Below are positions 57,174-64,000 of a stretch of DNA of 64,000 bases, piece by piece (position 1 is the first letter of the stretch; every line of letters begins with the position of its first letter). Below the pieces are notes generated by a model that saw nothing but the letters and a program-made list of their open reading frames with translations, did no database searches and was not told the DNA's origin. Source of the DNA: an uncultured Porphyromonadaceae bacterium (GTDB taxonomy: Bacteria > Bacteroidota > Bacteroidia > Bacteroidales > Muribaculaceae); assembly GCA_947177135.1 (NCBI GenBank), contig CAMWTI010000001.1, positions 101 through 64,100 of the forward strand, written 5' to 3'. A program made the position numbers and the translations under genes.

Positions 57174-60100
57174 ATGAAGTTCAACGAATATAAGAATCTT
57201 GATCTTACGGAAGTAAACCACTCCGTTCTTGACCGCTGGAACGGTCTTGGTCTGTTTGAACGCACTCTCGAAGAACGCTCCGGCGCGCCATCGTTCGTAT
57301 TTTTCGAAGGCCCCCCGTCGGCCAACGGACACCCCGGCATACACCATGTGCTGGCCCGTACAATCAAAGACATCGTGTGTCGCTACAAGACCATGCGCGG
57401 ATTTCACGTGAAGCGCAAAGCCGGCTGGGACACACACGGCCTCCCCGTGGAACTGGGAGTTGAGAAAACCCTCGGAATCACCAAAGAAGATATCGGAAAG
57501 AAAATCTCCGTTGACGAATATAACGATGCCTGTCGGCGCGAAGTGATGAAGTTTACCGACGAATGGGAGAAACTCACGTCACTGATGGGCTACTGGGTCG
57601 ACATGAAAGACCCCTATGTGACCTACGACAACCGCTACATCGAGTCAGTGTGGTGGCTGCTCCGCCAGGTCTATGACAAAGGCCTGCTCTATAAAGGATA
57701 CACCATACAGCCATACAGCCCGGCCGCAGGCACCGGCCTCAGCTCGCACGAACTGAACCAGCCAGGATGCTATCGCGATGTCAAAGACACGACATGCATC
57801 GCTCAGTTCACCTGCACCGACCCCATAGAAGAAATGACCGGATGGGGAACTCCATGCTTCCTGGCCTGGACAACCACCCCCTGGACCCTGCCCAGCAACA
57901 CGGCGCTATGCGTCGGTCCGGCAATCGAATACTGCGTGGTGCGCACCTACAACCCCTACAGCGGCGAACCGATCAGCTGCGTGGTGGCCAAAGCGCTGCT
58001 TCACAGCGTGTTCAACGCAAAAGCCGAAGGCCTTGACCTGACCGCCTACAACAAAGGCGACAAACTGGTGCCCTGGCAAGTGGCGGCGACAGTCACCGGC
58101 GACCGTCTGACCGGCATGCACTACCACCAGCTCTTCCCATGGGTCAACCCCGGAGAAGGAGCCTTCAGAGTGATTCCAGGCGACTATGTCACCACCGACG
58201 ACGGCACCGGCATCGTGCACATAGCCGGCACATTCGGTGCCGATGACCTGCGGGTGAGCAAAGCCGCCGGAGTGCCGCCGCTCCACCTGATTGACCGCGA
58301 CGGAAATATCCGCCCGATGGTCGACCTGCGCGGACGCTTCTACCGTCTTGACGATCTCGACCCAGAATTCGTGGAGAAAATGGTAGACCGCCAGGCATAC
58401 TCCGAATTTGAAGGACGGTTCGTCAAAAACGCATACGATCCGGAAGCCGACGACCAGACCGAAACGCTCGACGTCTCGCTCTGCATGTGGCTCAAACAGC
58501 GCGGACTGGTGTTCAAGATCGAAAAACACGTCCACAACTACCCCCACTGCTGGCGCACAGACAAACCTGTGCTCTACTACCCGCTCGACTCATGGTTCAT
58601 CCGCTCGACCGCCGTGCGCGAACAGCTCATGAAAGCCAACGAGACCATCAAATGGAAACCGGCTTCCACCGGATCGGGCCGATTCGGCAAATGGCTTGAA
58701 AACCTCCAGGACTGGAATCTCAGCCGCAGCCGCTACTGGGGCACACCGCTCCCGATATGGCGCACCGACGACGGTGCCGAAGAACTCTGCATCGGCTCCG
58801 TGCAGGAACTCTGGGACTGCATCGAAAACGCGGTCAGCGCCGGAGTCATGACATCGAATCCGCTCAAAGACAAAGGTTTCGTGCCAGGCGACTACTCCGC
58901 CGAAAACTATAACCTGATCGACCTCCACCGCCCCTATGTCGACGACATCGTGCTGGTGAGCAAAAGCGGCAAGCCCATGCACCGCGAAACAGACCTGATC
59001 GACGTGTGGTTCGACAGCGGCGCCATGCCATTCGCCCAGCAGCACTACCCGTTTGAAAACCGCGAAGCAGTCGACTCCGGCGAACTCTATCCCGCCGACT
59101 TCATCGCCGAAGGCGTTGACCAGACCCGCGGATGGTTCTTCACCCTCCACGCCATATCTGGCATGGTCAAAAACTCCGTGGCTTACAAAGCCGTGATCTC
59201 CAACGGACTGGTGCTCGACAAATTCGGCAACAAAATGAGCAAACGCCTTGGCAACGCCGTCGACCCATTCGTCACCATCGAAGCCCATGGATCAGACCCC
59301 CTGCGCTGGTACATGATCAGCAACTCCGCTCCCTGGGACAACCTGAAATTCGATGCCGAAGGCGTCACCGAAGTATCGCGAAAATTCTTCGGCACGCTAT
59401 TCAACACCTATAACTTCTTTGCCCGCTACGCCAACGTCGACAACTTCGACCCGGCAACGGCACAAGACGTTCCGGCAGACCAACGCCCCGAAATCGACCG
59501 CTGGATCATCTCGCAGCTCAACACCCTGACCGCCACCGTGCAGTCGGCCCTCGACGATTATGAACCCACCGTGGCCGCCCGCGCCATCTCTGACTTCGTC
59601 CAGGACCACCTGAGCAACTGGTATGTACGCCTCAACCGCCCGCGCTTCTGGGCCAAAGGAATGGAAACGGACAAAATCGCCGCATACCGCACCCTCTACG
59701 AATGCCTATCGACCGTGGCTCTGCTCATGGCCCCGATCGCACCGTTCTATGCCGACCGCCTCTGGCTCGACCTCAATTCCGGCGCCACCTCGATCCATCT
59801 GGAACACCAGCCCGAACCAGACCGCGCGCTCATCGACCCCGCACTCGAAACCCGCATGGCCATGGCCCAGCAGATCACCTCGCTGGTGCTCGCCCTGCGC
59901 CGCAAGGCCGCAATAAAAGTGCGCCAGCCGCTGGGCCGGATCATGCTCCCGCTCACCGACAACGCCCAGCGCGCCGTCATCGAACCGATCATTCCTCTGG
60001 TGCTCGGCGAAGTCAACGTCAAGGAACTGCAACTGCTCGACCCGTCGGAATCAGTGCTCGTCAAGCGCGTCAAGCCCGACTTCAAAAAACTCGGACCCGT

Positions 60101-60587
60101 GTTCGGCAAACAGATGAAGCAAGTGGCCGCCGCAATCCAGGCAATGGATCAGACCCAGATCATCAGCCTGGAACGCAACGGCGAAATCACCCTGACCCTG
60201 TCCGACGGATCAGAAGCAAAAGTAACCGCCGACACCGTCGACATCTTCTCGGAAGACATCCCCGGATGGCTCGTGGCCAACGAAGGGACCCTCACCGTGG
60301 CCCTGGACGTGACCGTCACCCCCGGGCTGCGCCGCGAAGGCATGGCCCGCGAACTGGTAAACCGAATCCAGAACATCCGCAAAAACCGCGACTATGCCAT
60401 CACCGACCGCATCACAGTGAGCATGGCCCCGGTGCCCGAAGTGGCCGATGCCCTTGAAGAATACTCGGACTACGTGGCCCGGCAGGTACTGGCCGACGCA
60501 ATCACCCTCGACCCCGCGACTCCGGAATCCGACATCACTCTCGACATCGACGGACTCCGCGTGCCCATCTCCATCAACCGCTGCTGA
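57174..60587 (+). CDS. ileS: Isoleucine--tRNA ligase (type 2)
   Basis: HIGH-type motif PSANGHPGIHH and KMSKS (KMSKRLGN). The start is taken at MKFNEYKNL, after the -7 box. Confidence 0.97.
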   Translation: MKFNEYKNLDLTEVNHSVLDRWNGLGLFERTLEERSGAPSFVFFEGPPSANGHPGIHHVLARTIKDIVCRYKTMRGFHVKRKAGWDTHGLPVELGVEKTLGITKEDIGKKISVDEYNDACRREVMKFTDEWEKLTSLMGYWVDMKDPYVTYDNRYIESVWWLLRQVYDKGLLYKGYTIQPYSPAAGTGLSSHELNQPGCYRDVKDTTCIAQFTCTDPIEEMTGWGTPCFLAWTTTPWTLPSNTALCVGPAIEYCVVRTYNPYSGEPISCVVAKALLHSVFNAKAEGLDLTAYNKGDKLVPWQVAATVTGDRLTGMHYHQLFPWVNPGEGAFRVIPGDYVTTDDGTGIVHIAGTFGADDLRVSKAAGVPPLHLIDRDGNIRPMVDLRGRFYRLDDLDPEFVEKMVDRQAYSEFEGRFVKNAYDPEADDQTETLDVSLCMWLKQRGLVFKIEKHVHNYPHCWRTDKPVLYYPLDSWFIRSTAVREQLMKANETIKWKPASTGSGRFGKWLENLQDWNLSRSRYWGTPLPIWRTDDGAEELCIGSVQELWDCIENAVSAGVMTSNPLKDKGFVPGDYSAENYNLIDLHRPYVDDIVLVSKSGKPMHRETDLIDVWFDSGAMPFAQQHYPFENREAVDSGELYPADFIAEGVDQTRGWFFTLHAISGMVKNSVAYKAVISNGLVLDKFGNKMSKRLGNAVDPFVTIEAHGSDPLRWYMISNSAPWDNLKFDAEGVTEVSRKFFGTLFNTYNFFARYANVDNFDPATAQDVPADQRPEIDRWIISQLNTLTATVQSALDDYEPTVAARAISDFVQDHLSNWYVRLNRPRFWAKGMETDKIAAYRTLYECLSTVALLMAPIAPFYADRLWLDLNSGATSIHLEHQPEPDRALIDPALETRMAMAQQITSLVLALRRKAAIKVRQPLGRIMLPLTDNAQRAVIEPIIPLVLGEVNVKELQLLDPSESVLVKRVKPDFKKLGPVFGKQMKQVAAAIQAMDQTQIISLERNGEITLTLSDGSEAKVTADTVDIFSEDIPGWLVANEGTLTVALDVTVTPGLRREGMARELVNRIQNIRKNRDYAITDRITVSMAPVPEVADALEEYSDYVARQVLADAITLDPATPESDITLDIDGLRVPISINRC

Positions 60588-60628
60588 TGCTGCCGACACC
60601 CACATCACCATTCCAATCAAAACCGACA

Positions 60629-60982
60629 ATGACAGAAAAGACCCGCTATACAGAAGAAGAGCTGCAGGAATTCAAAGCCCTCATACTTTCCAAACTCGAC
60701 AAAGCGCAGAAAGAATTTGAAGAGCTTCGCTCGCTGATGCTCGACAGCGCCGACGACACTCCGACGTTCAAAGTGCTCGAAGAGGGCGCCAACACACTGG
60801 GAAAAGAAGAAGCCTGCCGCCTGTGTGAACGCCAGCGCAAATTCATCGAAAACCTCAGGGCCGCACTGATCAGAATCGAAAACGGCACATATGGAGTCTG
60901 CCGGGCAACCGGAAAACTAATTCCCAAAGAGCGCCTGATGGCAGTGCCGCACGCCACACTCTGCATCGAAGCCAAACAATGA
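60629..60982 (+). CDS. DksA/TraR-family zinc-finger protein
   Basis: Coiled-coil N-terminus and a C-terminal YGVCRATGKLIPKERLMAVPHATLC. The start is taken at MTEKTRYT. Confidence 0.75.
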   Translation: MTEKTRYTEEELQEFKALILSKLDKAQKEFEELRSLMLDSADDTPTFKVLEEGANTLGKEEACRLCERQRKFIENLRAALIRIENGTYGVCRATGKLIPKERLMAVPHATLCIEAKQ

Positions 60983-61581
60983 GACAACACAAAGGCGCAC
61001 TCGCGCTGACGCTGATCGCACTGGTCATAATCATTGACCAGCTGGTCAAGATCTACGTCAAGACTCACTTTTATCTGGGAGAAGACCTCGAGGTCTTCTC
61101 CTGGTTTCACATCTACTTCGTGCAAAATCCAGGCATGGCCTTCGGATGGGAAATGGGCAGCAAACTTGCCCTGACCCTGTTTCGCATCGCGGCAATCGGA
61201 TTCGGCATATACTACCTGACCCGGATCTGCCGCAGACGCGAAGAACCCGCCGGATTCGCCGCATGCGTGGCCCTGATAGTGGCCGGCGCCATAGGCAACG
61301 TGATCGACTGCATGCTCTATGGACTGATTTTCAATAACCCTATGCCTCCGGAAGTGGCCTCATTCCTGCCATATGGCGGAGGATACGCCCCTGCCCTCCA
61401 CGGCATGGTGGTCGACATGCTCTACTTCCCGCTATGCTCTTGGAACTGGCCGGAATGGATGCCATGGATCGGAGGTGAACACTTCATCTTCTTCCACCCG
61501 GTGTTCAACATTGCCGACGCTGCGATATCGGCCGGAATCATCGCCATCATCCTGTTTTACTCCCGACACCTCAGCAAATAA
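60979..61581 (+). CDS. lspA: Lipoprotein signal peptidase (signal peptidase II)
   Basis: IIIDQLVK, GAIGNVIDC and FNIADAAI motifs. 4-nt overlap with the upstream stop. Confidence 0.9.
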   Translation: MRQHKGALALTLIALVIIIDQLVKIYVKTHFYLGEDLEVFSWFHIYFVQNPGMAFGWEMGSKLALTLFRIAAIGFGIYYLTRICRRREEPAGFAACVALIVAGAIGNVIDCMLYGLIFNNPMPPEVASFLPYGGGYAPALHGMVVDMLYFPLCSWNWPEWMPWIGGEHFIFFHPVFNIADAAISAGIIAIILFYSRHLSK

Positions 61582-62429
61582 TGAAGCGCCTGCGCGGACT
61601 TATCACAGCGGCATCGCTCGCCGCGATCTCGGCCACCGCCATGACAGGATGCCGGCAGGTGCCTGACGGAGTGCTCCACGAGCAACAGCTCGCCGAAGTG
61701 ATGGCCGACCTGCAATATGCCGACGCCCTGGTCAACGAATCCGACATGCGCGGAGGACGCGAACCGATAACCGACTCAATCCGCGCCGGAATCATGCAGG
61801 CAATCCTGCGGCGCCACGGCATCACACAGGCTGACTATGACTCAACCCTACGGTGGTATGGCCACCACATGGTCAGATATGTCGACGCTTGCGAACGCGC
61901 CGACTCTATTCTGGCCGACTCAATCCGCGCCGTCGACCGGCGCATGGCCATGGCCCGGGCAAACCGCGGAGGCGGAGCCGACACAGTCAACGTCTGGCCG
62001 CACACGACCGCCCATCTGTTCAGCCGGCGCAACGGCTCAGACTACATCACATTCGACCTGCCGCGCGACTCATCCTGGAGAAAAGGCGACATCTACATTT
62101 GGGAAATGACACCGGTCAACAACCGCACTCCGCTCCAGGCCAGGATCATCGCTGAATATGCCGACAACCGCCTGACCCACGAAGTCACGGAAATGACCGC
62201 AACCACATCACGCGAACGACTGACCATAACATTCCAGCTCGACAGCAACAAGACAGCCCGACGAATCTACGGATTCGCCTACCTTCCCGCTCAGGAAGGA
62301 GAAAACGCGTATATCAACAACGTGTCGCTGCTCCGCACCCGCCTCGACAGCGAAAACTACCACCGCGGACGGCGCATGGTCAGACAGATCTACGGCGCCC
62401 CGAGAATCAGCCGCCGGCAAGCGGAATAA
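61581..62429 (+). CDS. Lipoprotein, DUF4296-like N-terminus (conserved after lspA in Bacteroidota)
   Basis: Lipobox AMTGC. The N-terminal ~90 aa (LHEQQLAEVMADLQYADALV...) resemble DUF4296. The start overlaps the lspA stop. Confidence 0.5.
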   Translation: MKRLRGLITAASLAAISATAMTGCRQVPDGVLHEQQLAEVMADLQYADALVNESDMRGGREPITDSIRAGIMQAILRRHGITQADYDSTLRWYGHHMVRYVDACERADSILADSIRAVDRRMAMARANRGGGADTVNVWPHTTAHLFSRRNGSDYITFDLPRDSSWRKGDIYIWEMTPVNNRTPLQARIIAEYADNRLTHEVTEMTATTSRERLTITFQLDSNKTARRIYGFAYLPAQEGENAYINNVSLLRTRLDSENYHRGRRMVRQIYGAPRISRRQAE

Positions 62430-62632
62430 AAAGAAGGCATGGCGGCAGACTCATCGACAAACCACATCCTGCCGGGAGTGATCGACCACAACGGCATGAT
62501 CCGCCCCGTGCCGACACTGGTGACAATCGGTCCCGGAGGCAACATCACCGACCACCGTCCGCTCTGCGGCCACGAACCGCCCTTCACCACTCCGCTCGAC
62601 GCGTTGCTCCACCTCCCGTCACTCACACTCCG

Positions 62633-63796
62633 TCACCTCTGACGCCGCCTCCGCCACACCACCACGGCCAGCACCAGAAGAACCGCCGCGGCCATAACGA
62701 CATAACGCCAGTCCACCGGAATTTCTCCGCCACCGTTGGCCACATCGCCGTCGGCAGCCGCCCTGACACCCGGAGCCACACGATTAGGCTCGGTCAGCGG
62801 CCCGAGCACTCGCATCGGATCAAGATTACACTCCAGACGCATGTCAAGCATCTGCTCAGCGGTCAGATCATGAAGAAAATATCCATATGACAGATGCGAC
62901 GAGCCATACTTCGACTCAAGCATTATTGCCGAATCCATGGCCTGCCCGTCATCATCGGCAAGCGCCCTGATCAGCAACCGCGCGATCCGGTGATTAGGAT
63001 CATCAGGATTATAGCGCGCATGAATGCTGTCCATCTCGCGATAAAGCTCACGCGCGCCATCATAATCGCGGATCTGACTGTTGAGCAGCAATGTGGCATG
63101 ATTCGACAGCCAGTCGCCCACAACAGACGAATCGGCCTTCGCCAGAATGATCGGCTTCATCTCCAGACTCAGAAACAGAGCGCTGTCTATCCGCCCGGCC
63201 CTGAGCCACGAACTGCGGGCCTCTGTGAAAAAATAATTCAGATAACCGACGTCGTCCGGCGAGATATGATCCTTATAGCGGTTAAACGCATACGTATAGA
63301 ACCTGGCAGCCGAAAGATTATCGCCGACCAGCTCCGCACAATACGCCATGATATCGGCATAACGCGCCTGATAGAGATAAGCGTCGATGCGGTCGGCAAA
63401 CGTCTTCATCCGCTTGGCCGACACCACGGCATCGGAATACTGACGATTGTCGAACTGCACGCACGCTCTATAGTACCACGCCAGCATGGCGCGGCGCGGA
63501 TGACGGCCATTGTCAAAATAACCGGTAGCGACTGCAGCGGCCGAATCATTCGGAAGAATACGTCCGCTCATCTTCTCGAGCCTGATATAATTGAGCGCAT
63601 ACAACGCCGAGTCAAGTCCGTTGCCGAAACTGACGCCCTTGAGCCCGGCCATAACCGTCGCGGCCGAATCAAGCTCCCAGGTGTCGATCAGACGCTCGGC
63701 CTCGGCAAGGTCGGAATGCCACCGGCCGTGACCGGAAGAGCACGACACGGCCAGACCAGCCGTCGCAAAAAGCAAAAACAGTAATATCTGTCTCAT
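62633..63796 (-). CDS. Hypothetical lipoprotein with helical-repeat body and C-terminal TM anchor
   Basis: Signal/lipobox MRQILLFLLFATAGLAVSC. The C-terminal hydrophobic VVMAAAVLLVLAVVVW is followed by RRRRQR. Confidence 0.45.
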   Translation of the reverse strand: MRQILLFLLFATAGLAVSCSSGHGRWHSDLAEAERLIDTWELDSAATVMAGLKGVSFGNGLDSALYALNYIRLEKMSGRILPNDSAAAVATGYFDNGRHPRRAMLAWYYRACVQFDNRQYSDAVVSAKRMKTFADRIDAYLYQARYADIMAYCAELVGDNLSAARFYTYAFNRYKDHISPDDVGYLNYFFTEARSSWLRAGRIDSALFLSLEMKPIILAKADSSVVGDWLSNHATLLLNSQIRDYDGARELYREMDSIHARYNPDDPNHRIARLLIRALADDDGQAMDSAIMLESKYGSSHLSYGYFLHDLTAEQMLDMRLECNLDPMRVLGPLTEPNRVAPGVRAAADGDVANGGGEIPVDWRYVVMAAAVLLVLAVVVWRRRRQR

Positions 63797-63815
63797 TTTT
63801 CATTCTATAACTTCG

Positions 63816-63823
63816 CAAAGTTA
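63816..63823 (-). promoter_or_regulatory. Bacteroidota -7 promoter box (TAACTTTG on minus strand)
   Basis: Matches TAnnTTTG 20 nt upstream of the ATG at 63796. Confidence 0.45.
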
Positions 63824-63868
63824 CAAAAAATTCCATTACAGGCGATACGAATATCCCCGATAATTCCG

Positions 63869-63876
63869 TAACTTTG
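63869..63876 (+). promoter_or_regulatory. Bacteroidota -7 promoter box (TAACTTTG)
   Basis: Matches TAnnTTTG 30 nt upstream of the ATG at 63906. Confidence 0.45.
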
Positions 63877-63905
63877 CACAATTGAAAACGACAAAAAATC
63901 GAATC

Positions 63906-64000
63906 ATGAATTTGTTTGACCGTATCAGTGCCGACATCAAGTCGGCCATGCTTGCACGCGAAAAAGTGCGCCTCGAAGCGCTCCGCGGCATAAAAAAAGA
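63906..64000 (+). CDS. GatB/YqeY-domain protein, N-terminal part (3' end outside the window)
   Basis: The translation MNLFDRISADIKSAMLAREKVRLEALRGIKK matches the conserved YqeY N-terminus. Confidence 0.7.
   Translation, partial: MNLFDRISADIKSAMLAREKVRLEALRGIKK

Noticed and set aside
62430-62642. 67-aa ORF (62439..62642, +) in the gap between convergent genes
   Set aside because: It has no start context or -7 box, no recognisable motif and high-GC composition, and it overlaps the stop region of the convergent lipoprotein gene. Coding status cannot be supported from sequence alone.

Overview
The window looks like a chromosomal segment from a high-GC member of the Bacteroidota, probably Bacteroidales. 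The taxon call rests on three things: TAnnTTTG -7 promoter boxes in front of most transcription units, SusD/BACON/T9SS-tail-type proteins, and Bacteroides-style nan genes. I cannot assign a genus. About 60 CDS are supported. Most are housekeeping: ppdK, ribE, manA, a RelA-type RSH, asd, rpoN, rubrerythrin, rnhB, comF-recX-prmC, pyrH, purF, rplU-rpmA, ftsX, uppP, truB, queA, frr, lpxA, ileS and lspA. There is also a sialic-acid catabolic operon (lyase, epimerase and a large esterase/mutarotase fusion) and a three-gene RND efflux operon. I recognised no rRNA, tRNA, CRISPR array, transposase, integrase or reverse transcriptase. Four visibly AT-richer patches interrupt the high-GC backbone and hold the non-routine content. 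(1) Patch ~9.2-14.05 kb is a mosaic island with a four-helix-bundle + Fic cassette, an unknown 169-aa ORF, a 55-codon relic of a type I R-M hsdM gene, an orphan chimeric SusD-like lipoprotein and an internally deleted second four-helix-bundle gene. A ~40-nt direct repeat brackets its right-hand 3.5 kb. It abuts a single-polypeptide ABC-ATPase + DUF4435/Toprim (OLD-like) gene. (2) Patch ~40.4-41.6 kb has a BACON-like lipoprotein and two strong hairpins. (3) Patch ~46.1-47.7 kb has two tandem paralogous lipoprotein genes with conserved ends and a diverged centre. (4) Patch ~55.6-57.1 kb has a small secreted protein and a BspA-type LRR protein. I did not find a clear-cut complete novel multi-gene system. 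The best leads are the decayed defence-type island with the OLD-like gene, the tandem diversified lipoproteins, and a small Cys-Cys-repeat lipoprotein. All functional calls come from motif and family recognition by eye, since no database search was possible.
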